Positions 39,671 through 49,692 of a stretch of 64,000 bases of DNA are shown here, one piece after another. This DNA comes from Lautropia sp. (GTDB taxonomy: Bacteria > Pseudomonadota > Gammaproteobacteria > Burkholderiales > Burkholderiaceae_E), in contig JAUNHU010000003.1 in the NCBI GenBank assembly GCA_030523825.1, positions 3,346 to 67,345 of the forward strand, read 5' to 3'. How positions within the stretch are numbered: the first letter of the stretch is position 1; each line of letters begins with the position of its first letter. Both the position numbers and the translations under genes were made by a program. The notes under the pieces were generated by a model. That model searched no databases. It was not told the origin of the DNA and saw only the letters and a list, made by a program, of their open reading frames with translations.

Positions 39671-39725
39671 GCGTGACACGCCCCCGCATTGGGGGCGGCA
39701 GAACCGTTCCCTTACGCGAAAACCT

Positions 39726-40853
39726 TCACCCCGCCAGCATCCGTCTGCGATCAGCAGCCACGTCGTCCGTATCATCCCCGACGAGAACATCCTGCACGAT
39801 CTCTGGATGAAGCTCGCCCAGAGTCCGGATCACGTCCCCCAGATGCCTCCAGCACGGCCGCTCCAGCTCGATCCAGCAACGTATTCCCTCGATGAAGCGG
39901 AGCGCATGTGCTCGTGCGTCTTCGCCTGCAAGCACAACACGAATCACATCTTCAAGATTGTGGTCAGCACAATCCCAGCCTGCGCGCATTCCCTCAAGAA
40001 GGCTTTCAACCACGGCTTCTCGCACCGCCTCATCCGGAGGAAGCACATTGCCATCGGGGATACCCCAGAAACGGGCTTCGTAGAAGTGACCAAGCATGAG
40101 AAGCAACCAGTCCCACCACTGCTTCCCTCTGGCGCTCATCCCGACAACAAGTTTCACCAGCTGCTCATTGGACCACCCGTAGGATGTCACTTCGTATAGC
40201 GGGAAAAAAGCGGTCTTAGGAACCGCTTCATCCCCCACTAGCTTCAGCAATCGCTCACACCCTGCATGATCGAGCCGCGACCTCCTGATTTGCAAACGGG
40301 GTATCCAGGCTCGCAAAGCAGGCCGATCCAGCGCCTCATCCAGCAAGGCGTTGAACAGCGCCTGATCTCTCTGGCAAACGCCATCCAGAAACGCCTTGAG
40401 AAGATCTATGCCACGCCCCTTACCGTCAGCATGCCTTTCAATTGCCTGAACGAGAGCATCCCAGACAGGACGAATTTCTGAAGCCGCCTCGGCCATGCCC
40501 TCCCCGAATTCGCGCGGATAAGCGATGCCTTCGCCCGCCCTCCCCGCAATCACCAGATCAGCAACAACGGAAAGATCCTGCACGGCACAGGCAGCTTCCC
40601 TGCCCAGATCTCTGGCAATGTCCCGCCTGCGATACACGTCAGCCCCACCATGACAAGGGTCACGTACAAAGGCCCGTACCCGGGCAACCAGGTCTGTCGA
40701 CCCGCCCTCGGCCACCAGGCTTTCAAGCCGCTGCCTGCTCTCCTGCGAAAGCCCGGCCATATCCTCTGCCCTCACCTCAAACGGAAGCGAGTCCACCTGC
40801 CAAGTTTTCTGAACAGACGCATTTCCTGCTACCTGATGGGCCTTGTTTTTCAT
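39726..40853 (-). CDS. Hypothetical all-alpha protein, possibly the remnant C-terminal part of a larger NTPase
   Basis: 375-aa ORF filling the gap after pepD; helical repeat-like composition; no catalytic motif seen. Confidence 0.55.
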   Translation of the reverse strand: MKNKAHQVAGNASVQKTWQVDSLPFEVRAEDMAGLSQESRQRLESLVAEGGSTDLVARVRAFVRDPCHGGADVYRRRDIARDLGREAACAVQDLSVVADLVIAGRAGEGIAYPREFGEGMAEAASEIRPVWDALVQAIERHADGKGRGIDLLKAFLDGVCQRDQALFNALLDEALDRPALRAWIPRLQIRRSRLDHAGCERLLKLVGDEAVPKTAFFPLYEVTSYGWSNEQLVKLVVGMSARGKQWWDWLLLMLGHFYEARFWGIPDGNVLPPDEAVREAVVESLLEGMRAGWDCADHNLEDVIRVVLAGEDARAHALRFIEGIRCWIELERPCWRHLGDVIRTLGELHPEIVQDVLVGDDTDDVAADRRRMLAG

Positions 40854-40890
40854 GTGAGCGGGCGTGATGAGCGTGAGAGTTCGGGCTCGA

Positions 40891-42330
40891 TTACCCCGCC
40901 AGCGCCCGCAGGCACGCCAGCAGCCACTGGTAGCAGCGTCCCACGGTGTCGATTTTCACGGCTTCATCGGGGGAATGGGCGCCGGTAATGGTGGGGCCGA
41001 AGGAAATCATCTGCCAGTGCGGATAGTGCGCAGACAGGATGCCGCATTCCAGACCGGCATGGATGGCCTTCACGGGTGGCTTGTGTCCAAGCAATTTCTC
41101 ACCCTCCGCCAGAAAGATGCGCACCAGGTCGGAATCGGGCAGCGGCAGCCAACCACCGTAGTCGCCGCTGTATTCGGAGCGCCCGCCGGCAAGACGCACG
41201 ACGCTTTCCATGCGGCTCGCCAGATCGGCCTTCTGCGCATCTGCCGATGAACGCAGCAGGCAGGCAATTCGCATTTCTCCCTTCGCACACACCACCGAAG
41301 CCAGGTTGGTGGAGGTTTCCACCAGACCCGCCATGCTCGTGCTCATCCGGTCCACACCGTTGGGCAGCGCACGCAGCACATCCAGCAACCGCTGCGCATC
41401 ATCCACCACCTCGGCAACATCTTCTGCCTTGTCCAGCGTCAGGCTCAGGCCCGGATCATCGGCACTCAGGCCACTGCCGATCTGTTGCGCCAGCGAAGCA
41501 AGCCTGCCGCGCACGGCATCGGCTGCCGCTTCGTCGGGCAGGCCGATGAGCGCCTCGGCCTCGCGCGGAATGGCGTTGCGCAGGTTGCCGCCCGAGATGC
41601 CAGCAATCTCGGTGGCACCGATTTCCACCAGCACCTGCACCAGAATGCGGATGGCATTGCCACGCTGACGGTGAATGTCTCCGCCCGAATGCCCGCCGCG
41701 CAAGCCACGCACCCGCAACCGATAGCCCGGCAGGCGCACCGCACGTGTTTTGTAGGGAATGGTGTAGCTGCCATCCAGTCCGCCCGCACAGCCGATGCAC
41801 AGCTCCCCCTCATCCTCGTAATCGAGATTGATGAGATAGCGCCCGTCCAGCCAGCCGGGTTGCAGGCCCTTGGCGCCGACCATGCCGGTTTCCTCGGTGG
41901 CCGTGAACAGTGCTTCCAGCGGCGGATGCACCAGCGTGTCGTCGGCCAGCACCGCCAGCATGATGGCAACGCCGATGCCGTTGTCGGCCCCCAGCGTGGT
42001 GCCATCGGCCGTCAGCCAGCCGTCGGCACGCACCTTCGTCGTGATCGGATCACGCACAAAGTCGTGCACCTTGTCGGCATTCTTCTGCGGCACCATGTCG
42101 AGGTGCGATTGCAGGATGACACCGGCAGCCTGCTCGTGCCCGGCACTGGCCGGCTTGCGCACCCGGATGTTGCCCGCCGCATCGCGCTCGGCTTCCAGCC
42201 CCAGCCGCTTTGCCTCATCCAGCACATACTGCTGCACCGCTTCTTCGTGATGCGAAGGGCGCGGAATCTGCGTGAGCTGATGAAAATACTGCCAGACAAG
42301 CGCCGGCTGCAGATCGTGGATGGTACTCAT
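40891..42330 (-). CDS. pepD: Aminoacyl-histidine dipeptidase (M20)
   Basis: IPRPSHHE, LQSHLDMV, TTLGADNGIG, EETGMVGA, GGHSG.DIH, HAGLECG, HSPDE. Confidence 0.95.
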   Translation of the reverse strand: MSTIHDLQPALVWQYFHQLTQIPRPSHHEEAVQQYVLDEAKRLGLEAERDAAGNIRVRKPASAGHEQAAGVILQSHLDMVPQKNADKVHDFVRDPITTKVRADGWLTADGTTLGADNGIGVAIMLAVLADDTLVHPPLEALFTATEETGMVGAKGLQPGWLDGRYLINLDYEDEGELCIGCAGGLDGSYTIPYKTRAVRLPGYRLRVRGLRGGHSGGDIHRQRGNAIRILVQVLVEIGATEIAGISGGNLRNAIPREAEALIGLPDEAAADAVRGRLASLAQQIGSGLSADDPGLSLTLDKAEDVAEVVDDAQRLLDVLRALPNGVDRMSTSMAGLVETSTNLASVVCAKGEMRIACLLRSSADAQKADLASRMESVVRLAGGRSEYSGDYGGWLPLPDSDLVRIFLAEGEKLLGHKPPVKAIHAGLECGILSAHYPHWQMISFGPTITGAHSPDEAVKIDTVGRCYQWLLACLRALAG

Positions 42331-42543
42331 GGGCAGTGTCCCCTGGTTGGCTGGTCATCCCGGCATTCTAGAACGTGTCACGCACTTGTTCGCCCCCGCG
42401 AAGGCCCCTTCCCTCTTTCCGTTCGTGCAGGACGAGACCCAGCCCCTCCCTTGCAGCGCATGAGCATGGCCCCACCCGGACAATCCGGGCTTGTGCGACC
42501 ATCTGGCCATGCGAAACGCCCCTCTCCCCAGGAGTACACGCCC

Positions 42544-43233
42544 ATGAAAGAACGCATCGTCGTCCTCACCGGCGCCGGCATCAGCGCCGAAAGCGGCCTC
42601 AAAACCTTCCGCGACAGCGACGGCCTGTGGGAAGGCCATCGCGTGGAAGACGTGGCCACGCCCGAAGCCTTCGCCCGCAACCCGCAACTGGTGCTGGACT
42701 TCTACAACATGCGCCGCCGGCAGATGAAGGAAGCGCAGCCCAATGCTGCACACCATGCGCTGGTGAAACTGGCCGGGCATTTCGACGTGCGCATCGTGAC
42801 GCAGAACGTGGACGACCTGCACGAACGTGCCGGCAGCCAACAGGTGCTGCACCTGCACGGCGAACTGTCCAAATTGCGCAGCACGGCCAACCCAAAGTAC
42901 ATCGTCGATTGGGACGGCGACCAGACACTGGACGACCGCGACCCGCAGGGCCACCCGATGCGCCCGCACATCGTCTGGTTTGGCGAGAACGTGCCCCTCA
43001 TCAGCGTGGCGGCCGAGTGGGTATCGGACGCAGACAAGATTCTGGTGGTGGACACCTCGATGAAGGTCTACCCCGCTGCCGGATTGCTGGAATATGCACA
43101 ACCCTTCGCCGAGTGCTTTCTCATCGACCCGCGCCCACCGCAGGTGAAAGGCGTGCAGATCATTCAGGCCACGGCCGCCGAAGGCGTGCCAAAACTGGTC
43201 GAGCAGCTCATCGCCGCGCTCGCAGCATCCTGA
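42544..43233 (+). CDS. cobB: NAD-dependent protein deacylase (sirtuin)
   Basis: LTGAGISAESG..TFR, TQNVDDLHERAG, HLHGE, RPHIVWFGE. Confidence 0.93.
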   Translation: MKERIVVLTGAGISAESGLKTFRDSDGLWEGHRVEDVATPEAFARNPQLVLDFYNMRRRQMKEAQPNAAHHALVKLAGHFDVRIVTQNVDDLHERAGSQQVLHLHGELSKLRSTANPKYIVDWDGDQTLDDRDPQGHPMRPHIVWFGENVPLISVAAEWVSDADKILVVDTSMKVYPAAGLLEYAQPFAECFLIDPRPPQVKGVQIIQATAAEGVPKLVEQLIAALAAS

Positions 43234-43290
43234 ACGTTTCCGTCTGTATGCAAGTCGTGCAAAATAAAAAGCCAGAAAAAGGAGATCGAG

Positions 43291-45081
43291 ATGATGACGA
43301 CCGACCGGATGGCAGTCATTCCGCTGGCCATGCTCGGATTGGTACTTGCAGGCTGCGGCGACAGTGGCAACCTTCAGGGCAACCCCGACACCAAAGTGCC
43401 TGCTGCGGACGTGACACGACAGCAGGCCCCCGACACATCCGGCAGCAACCGGCAAACCAAGAACAGCGCAGGTGCCGTCATTTCCAGCACCGGCGTGCGG
43501 GGCGATGCGGTTGCCCAGGCACTCATCACCTCGACCCGTGTCGAACAGGACGGAAAGCGATTGCTCAGCAAGTCCGTACCCTGGACAGAGCGCCCGCCAG
43601 CCGGTTCCGCCAATACGGCAAAAAGCTCCCCTGTTTTCCTGTTTGAACAGGTTCATCAGACCCGCAACGTCCCGGCTCTCCCGCCCGAGACCAGCGCGCA
43701 GATCAGGATTGCATCGTGGACAGCACGCACCAACGGCCCCACCGGTGAAGACTTCGATGTGCTGCAACTCGACATCCCCGTCTCACGCACCGGACTGCTG
43801 CCGGCAGAACCTGCCGATATTGCAGATGACGCCGAGAGTCTGCGCATCGGCAAGGCACTGTGGTCATCCTATCGTACAGCGCCCGAGGGACAGAGCGGCA
43901 ACACCCACATCGACCAGACCAATCGGAACGAAGACACGGTTCTTCGCCGAAATGCGCGCTTCACGTGGGACGAGAACATTGCCAGCTGGAACGAACAGAA
44001 CACCAGACGAAAAGTCCTGTTCAACATCCGCGCTCGCCAGGGTGCAGCGGCCGATCAGTTCCGTCTATGCTTCGAGTCGCAAAACTTCACCGAAACATTC
44101 CTGCGTGAAGTGTGCTCCACCTGGCAGGTGCCCGCAGGCTGGGCGCCCGGACAGGCACTGACCTTCAAGGGGCACTCCGTCAGCATGACCACCCAGGTCA
44201 ACACCGGCCCCGATGCCGCGGGCAATCCGAGCATCGACACCCGTGAATCTCACTGGCAGAGCGTGGAAAGCGACATGCGGGTTGATCCGGACAGCATCGT
44301 CGATCAGCAACCCTGGGCAACGCCTGCCATTTCGGAAGAAGGGGTCAGTGGCGCCTTCATCGCCGCCATCCTGCAATCACTGTCATCGAACGATCCTGCG
44401 GCCACCCGGCAGCCTGCCACCGCAGGCCGCGTCGACAACCTGGGCTACCCCGAGTTGCCTCCCAGAACACCTGCCTGGGTTTCACTGCATCAGACCACCG
44501 GTGCAGGCTTTGGCGCATCGGCCAACGGCTACTGGACCTTTGCGCTGCGCAACGGTGTCTGGCTGGGACAGGGACGAAACCTGATGCCAACGCCTGAATT
44601 TCCGCAGGTGACACTGGGCATGCAACTGCGCCAGCATCAGCAGGACGGCAAGACCGTGCTCACACTGCCGGCCGCCATCGGCGTCCAGCGACTCGATGTC
44701 GACGCAGCGGGCACACAATCGTGGAATCATCGTGCGCCAATCAAGGCAAAAGGCACACGCCAGATTGCCCACGACGAGATCATTTCATACTACAGCGATC
44801 TTCAGATCTGGGACGAAAGCACCAACCACAATGCCGAACTCATGACTGCCGACTGGAAGCAGGTCAGGCTCTCGCTCCATGAAGCAGGCAGGAACCGCGC
44901 ATCACTGTGCTGGATAGTGCGTCTTGGACGCGATGACATGCGCCGCTACATCTGCAGCACGTGGGAAGCACCGCAAGGCTGGGCACCCGGCGGCCCCTCG
45001 CCCAAACTGGTGTCCTACCGCATCAACGATTTCGACAAAGGCGACTACTGGGAAGCCAAGCCGGCCGGCATCATTTTCTGA
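43291..45081 (+). CDS. Uncharacterised lipoprotein with two tandem copies of an about 270-aa domain
   Basis: Lipobox LAGC and RBS AGGAG; internal repeats CSTWQVPAGWAPG / CSTWEAPQGWAPG. Confidence 0.8.
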   Translation: MMTTDRMAVIPLAMLGLVLAGCGDSGNLQGNPDTKVPAADVTRQQAPDTSGSNRQTKNSAGAVISSTGVRGDAVAQALITSTRVEQDGKRLLSKSVPWTERPPAGSANTAKSSPVFLFEQVHQTRNVPALPPETSAQIRIASWTARTNGPTGEDFDVLQLDIPVSRTGLLPAEPADIADDAESLRIGKALWSSYRTAPEGQSGNTHIDQTNRNEDTVLRRNARFTWDENIASWNEQNTRRKVLFNIRARQGAAADQFRLCFESQNFTETFLREVCSTWQVPAGWAPGQALTFKGHSVSMTTQVNTGPDAAGNPSIDTRESHWQSVESDMRVDPDSIVDQQPWATPAISEEGVSGAFIAAILQSLSSNDPAATRQPATAGRVDNLGYPELPPRTPAWVSLHQTTGAGFGASANGYWTFALRNGVWLGQGRNLMPTPEFPQVTLGMQLRQHQQDGKTVLTLPAAIGVQRLDVDAAGTQSWNHRAPIKAKGTRQIAHDEIISYYSDLQIWDESTNHNAELMTADWKQVRLSLHEAGRNRASLCWIVRLGRDDMRRYICSTWEAPQGWAPGGPSPKLVSYRINDFDKGDYWEAKPAGIIF

Positions 45082-45586
45082 TCCACTTTGAAAATGCGGA
45101 GCCCGCATTGCGGATCGGGGCGCTGAACAGTCAAAGCAGTCGTCCCCAAACATCCGCCACAACAGGCTGGCACAACCGTGCCGGCCTGCCCCCCCCCTTC
45201 CAGCCGGGGAATTTCCAGACTTCCACCAATCTCAAAAACAAACAGGAAGTCAGGAAGCGCCTGCCCAAGACACCACGTCAGCCTTCATCAGGGTGTGAAG
45301 GACAAGATTCCAGCTTCACGGGCAGAACGACGAACGGACTGCGCGAACTGACCAGAAGCAACGACACCAGCCCCTTCTGCCAGACGGCAGAAACCACCCA
45401 TCTGTCCGGTCTGGAAGGCGTCATGACACACATGTTAGCCTTTTCCGGCTCGATAAAAATACCTTCTTGAGCAGCTAAGAACCGTGACCGCATGGCATGC
45501 CACCAGCGGTCTTCCATACCTTCTGCCCGCACGATTTCTGTCATTCAAAGCCAGGGCAGATGCCTTCGACAAGGATCAGATTCGAG

Positions 45587-48034
45587 ATGAACAAACGCTA
45601 CGGACATGACAACCTGGCAGATGGCATTTTTCCGGCTTCACCTGCACCAGCCTCTGCTGAAGTTTCCATCGCGAGCACTCCGGCATCCCTGCGAGCCCCC
45701 TTTCCGCTCTCCCGTCTGCGCATGGTGCCCGCTGCCGTCCTGCTGTCCCTCAGCCTCAGCGCCTGCGGTGGTGGCAGCGATACAGCGCCCCCCAACCCCG
45801 AATCCGGCATGCCTCCCGGCACACAAATGAGCGATGCCAGCCAGACAACTGGCACGCCAGCTAGCTCGGCACAGAATCAGGCATCAAACAACAACGGAAG
45901 CAACCAGCCCTCCGTTGCCAGCCCGGGTAGCGCCGTCACAAACAATCCGCAAAACTCCGGCGGTGGCAACAACACATCTGCCCCCGCATCGACGACCAAC
46001 ACCACGAGCGCCACAAACACCGCGGCAGGCAGCAGCACAGGCACGACGGGCGATGCCAGCGGCACCGCACAGACCGGCACCGCCAGCCAGCCAACTACAG
46101 GTACGCAGTCGGGCAACAGCACACCGACCGGTGGCAGTGCTCAGATACCGGCCACGCCCACACCTGCTCCCGGCGCCACCAGCACGCCTCCTGCGGGCAG
46201 CGCTCAGCCCACGCCTGCTCCGACCAACACCATCAACCAGCAACCTGCGCCTGTCGATACGAGCAACCCGGCAACCGGTGCGCAGTCTGGTGGCGCTACC
46301 CAGACAGCGCCCGCCAACAGCGGCACAACCACCACGCAAACACCGGCACCGGCTTCGCCTGCCCCCGGCGGCGCCAGCGCGACTACCTCTGGTAGTGTTC
46401 AGAGCAATCCAACGCCTGCCGGCACCACGGGTCAGCAAACAACACCAACAGCCACGAACACGCCCGCAACCGGCACTACGCAGGCCAGTGGAAGCACACC
46501 CACCAACGGCACGCAAACCCCGGACGCATCTACGAGTGGCGCTGCTGTCCAGCAACCACCCGCAACCAATGCCGGCGCGCAGACCAACGCGACCTCTCAG
46601 GCCGGCAGTGCCACCGAAGGCGGCAATACAGGCAGCGCTGGCACTGGTACGCCCGCTGACGCCACCGCACAAGGAGGCAGCACGCAACCGCCGGCCACAG
46701 CCGATGGCGGCCAGAACACGAACCAGCCGCCTGCTCCGTTTCCCCCTGTTTCCGAATCGGTGTGCAAGGACATTCTGGCCGGCAACCTCGCACTGCCCGT
46801 TGGCATGAACAAGCTGGACATGCCCGACGTGCCGCGCCCGGATGTGGGTGCTGCGCTGAAGGACGAGCAGCACAACAGCTGCGTGGTTCGGATTACGGAT
46901 CAGGCCGGGAAAAACAGCCCTACATACTGGCGACATGCGACTGTTGGCCGACAGGCATTCAACGCCGACAGCACGCTGGTGCTGCTCAGCTCCGACGACT
47001 GGAAGTGGCGAATTCACGATGCTCGCACAGGTAAAATCGTCAAAGACCTGACTTCCATCAGCGGCAAGGCAGAACCCCACTGGCACCCCACCAACCCCAA
47101 ACTGATCAACATGCTTCCGCGAGAAGGGCTCGGCATGAAGATCTACCGCGTTGACGTGGAACAGGACAAGACCACAGAAGAAACTATCGACATGGCAGCT
47201 GCGCTGCAGCAGATCTGGCCTGGCGCAACCCACGCATGGACACACGCAAGTGGCTCACCGTCCGCGGATCATCGCTACTGGTGCATGGTGGCCGAGAAAC
47301 AGGAAGGCGGTCAGAACACCCCATATGGGCTCTTCACCTGGGACCTCGTGGACAAACGCATTGTGGGCCACATGCAGGCAAACTTCGGCGTCATGCCCAG
47401 CCGCATCAGCACCAGCCCCAGCGGCGAATTCTGCATGACGTCAGGTGCGTACCCGGATGGCGCACGCATCTACAAACGCGACTTCTCCGCACCGTTTGAT
47501 GCCCAGACGGCCGGGTCATATCTGCAGGTCAACAGTGACGGCGCCGACAACCAGAGCGAAATCATCCTCAATGCCAAGGGCGAAGATGTCTATGTGGGAA
47601 CATCATACAGCTCAGGCGGCGCCGTGTTCGCACATAATCTGAAAACCGGCGAGAGGAAGACGCTGTTCAAAGCCTTTGATAATGGAATCACCACCGGCAA
47701 CCAGTTCTCGGGCCTTGGCCACAAAAAGCCGGGATGGATTCTCGTGTCCAGCTATGGCGATCACAACGGCACATACAATCTGCGCGGTCCAAGAGAAGGC
47801 GACCGTCAGTGGATGCACCGCCGGGTATTTGCCCTGAATCTGGACAATCCCAGCCAGGTACATTCGATTGCCTACATGCGCAACGACTACCAGAGCAGGT
47901 GGCCACTCCCCAATGCCATCGTGAATCAGGACTTCACCAAGGTTCTGTTCAACAGCTCCTGGGATAGTGAGCGCCCAACCGACATTGACACCTACATGGT
48001 GGAAATTCCGCCCAGCGCCATTCCAGCGAATTGA
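45587..48034 (+). CDS. Surface lipoprotein: about 320-aa Thr/Ser/Gln/Pro stalk plus C-terminal beta-propeller-like domain
   Basis: LSLSACGGG lipobox and low-complexity stalk, then repeated beta-blade-like motifs (FNADST, WHPTNP, PSADHRY, TSPSGEF, VNQDFTKVLFNSSW). Start codon uncertain (45587 or 45722). Confidence 0.78.
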   Translation: MNKRYGHDNLADGIFPASPAPASAEVSIASTPASLRAPFPLSRLRMVPAAVLLSLSLSACGGGSDTAPPNPESGMPPGTQMSDASQTTGTPASSAQNQASNNNGSNQPSVASPGSAVTNNPQNSGGGNNTSAPASTTNTTSATNTAAGSSTGTTGDASGTAQTGTASQPTTGTQSGNSTPTGGSAQIPATPTPAPGATSTPPAGSAQPTPAPTNTINQQPAPVDTSNPATGAQSGGATQTAPANSGTTTTQTPAPASPAPGGASATTSGSVQSNPTPAGTTGQQTTPTATNTPATGTTQASGSTPTNGTQTPDASTSGAAVQQPPATNAGAQTNATSQAGSATEGGNTGSAGTGTPADATAQGGSTQPPATADGGQNTNQPPAPFPPVSESVCKDILAGNLALPVGMNKLDMPDVPRPDVGAALKDEQHNSCVVRITDQAGKNSPTYWRHATVGRQAFNADSTLVLLSSDDWKWRIHDARTGKIVKDLTSISGKAEPHWHPTNPKLINMLPREGLGMKIYRVDVEQDKTTEETIDMAAALQQIWPGATHAWTHASGSPSADHRYWCMVAEKQEGGQNTPYGLFTWDLVDKRIVGHMQANFGVMPSRISTSPSGEFCMTSGAYPDGARIYKRDFSAPFDAQTAGSYLQVNSDGADNQSEIILNAKGEDVYVGTSYSSGGAVFAHNLKTGERKTLFKAFDNGITTGNQFSGLGHKKPGWILVSSYGDHNGTYNLRGPREGDRQWMHRRVFALNLDNPSQVHSIAYMRNDYQSRWPLPNAIVNQDFTKVLFNSSWDSERPTDIDTYMVEIPPSAIPAN

Positions 48035-48145
48035 CAAAAGCCCTCGGGGCCAGAAGCCTCGGTGAATCAACACACCGAGGCATCCAGCCACTCCAGGAAC
48101 ACAGACACCTCAATCAAGGCTCCTTCAACACAGGGGCTTACCATC

Positions 48146-48188
48146 GCGCCGGATCAAGGAAGCTCGGTGATCCGGCGCTTTCATTTTT
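48146..48188 (+). terminator. Hairpin terminator after the stalk lipoprotein
   Basis: GCGCCGGATCA...TGATCCGGCGC followed by tttcattttt. Confidence 0.65.
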
Positions 48189-48294
48189 CCCTCCGCCTTC
48201 TGTCCGTCCGCAGACCCCCTCTTATCATTCCCGCTCTGTCTCTGCTCCCAGCCTGCAACCCCTTCCTGTTGCCCGCTACCGTTCCTTATCCCTG

Positions 48295-48960
48295 TTACCC
48301 ATCACCCTTCCCTGACCGAACAATCGTCCGGAATGTCAGGCTGATGCGCGGCTCATGCACGCGAGCACTTTTCATGATGGCATGCTGCCAGTGGGTTTGC
48401 GTTGCGCCGCGCATCACGATCAGCTGTCCATGACGCAGCATCATCTCGCGCTTCTCGCCTGTGCGCTTGTGACGAAAGGCGAACTTGCGCGTGGCGCCGA
48501 AGCTCAGTGATGCAATCACCGTATTTCGCCCCAGTTCGCGCTCATCATCGCTGTGCCACGCCATGCCTTCGGCGCCGGTGGCGTAGCGGTTCAGCAGGCA
48601 GGAATTGAAGCGCACCGGGCACACATCGGCCAGCCGTGCCTCCACCTGCGCCCGAATTTCCCTCAGCAATTCGTTCCACAACAAGGCAGTCCGGGTCACC
48701 CCCGAATAGGTATAACTGAACGCCTCATCGCCATACCACGCCACCTGCCGCGCCGTGGTGATGTGTTTGCCGTAGAGCACAACCTCGTCGTGCCGCCATG
48801 CCACCTCATGTTCCAGCCGCTCAAACAGCGCATCAGCCTCGGCCTGCGCATGAATGACACCGAAGTCATTGACGATGCCGTCATGGGGAAGCAGATTCCG
48901 TGAAGGGTCTGGCACGTCATCTGGCAACATGCTGGCGTCGAACAGGTCCAGTGTACTCAT
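48295..48960 (-). CDS. AlkB-family 2OG-Fe(II) dioxygenase (ALKBH2/3-like)
   Basis: RQVAWYGD..YTYSG, FNSCLLNRY, WHSDDE (HxD), IASLSFGA.R.F, HWQHA, RISLTFR. Confidence 0.93.
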   Translation of the reverse strand: MSTLDLFDASMLPDDVPDPSRNLLPHDGIVNDFGVIHAQAEADALFERLEHEVAWRHDEVVLYGKHITTARQVAWYGDEAFSYTYSGVTRTALLWNELLREIRAQVEARLADVCPVRFNSCLLNRYATGAEGMAWHSDDERELGRNTVIASLSFGATRKFAFRHKRTGEKREMMLRHGQLIVMRGATQTHWQHAIMKSARVHEPRISLTFRTIVRSGKGDG

Positions 48961-49203
48961 TTCCCCTTCCCCTCGTTCAACGAAGCCCATCTGTACGCGA
49001 CATGCCTGACTCATCAAGCACAACAACGCCCTGACCTGTATCGACGAAAACGGCCGATACGTTCAGCGCACAGATAAACCATACCCTTCTGCACGCAACA
49101 TGCCAAGATCAAGCCCGGACGCAACGCCGTGCCAAGCATCATCAACAAAAAGTGCCCAGTGCATTCAGCGCTCACATGAAAACGACACCAGAGGCGGCCT
49201 GTA

Positions 49204-49692
49204 TCAGCACGTCACACTCCGGATTCTCTCGGCAATCTGCGCCAGCTCGGCATCATCGGCGCGCTGGTGGTCGTGCGATGACAGATAGCCTTCATAGCGC
49301 TCGAAAAACTTGTCGACGCGCGAGGCAATCGGCCTGAAATCCGGGTTGTTGCCCGTGCCGTGCATCGGAAACAGCTTGGCGTGCAGATGATCCACGCCGT
49401 AGCCCTCGAACATCATGCCGGTACGCGCCACGTCATCAAAGGCGGCATCTATCCGGCGAACCACCTGCTTCGTTGCCAGCACCAGCTCGCTGACGACCTC
49501 GTCATCCTGCGCGAACAGGTAACTGCCGTAATGCCGCTTTGGAATCACCACCGAAAAGCCCGGCGTGTTCGGAAAGATCGACAGAAAAGCCAGATGCTTC
49601 TCGTCTTCCCAGATGCGATGGCACGGCGCATTGCCCGCCACGATCTCGCAAAAGATGCACTTCATTTCTTGGCTCTTCTGCGCGTGCGTCAT
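49204..49692 (-). CDS. HIT-family nucleotide hydrolase
   Basis: CIFCEIV.G..P, LAFLSIFPNTPG..VVIPK.H, VDHLHAKLFP; ATGA overlap with the upstream gene. Confidence 0.9.
   Translation of the reverse strand: MTHAQKSQEMKCIFCEIVAGNAPCHRIWEDEKHLAFLSIFPNTPGFSVVIPKRHYGSYLFAQDDEVVSELVLATKQVVRRIDAAFDDVARTGMMFEGYGVDHLHAKLFPMHGTGNNPDFRPIASRVDKFFERYEGYLSSHDHQRADDAELAQIAERIRSVTC

Noticed and set aside
41485-42543. Apparent 582-aa sirtuin fusion
   Set aside because: The upstream part is the antisense shadow of pepD; the real start is ATG 42544 after AGGAG.
45168-45182. TGGCAC...GC sigma54-like motif
   Set aside because: GG-to-GC spacing is 9 nt rather than the required 10, and it lies within a hairpin.
45189-45197. 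C9 homopolymer as a phase-variation switch
   Set aside because: Intergenic, about 390 bp from the next start, and not between recognisable promoter elements.
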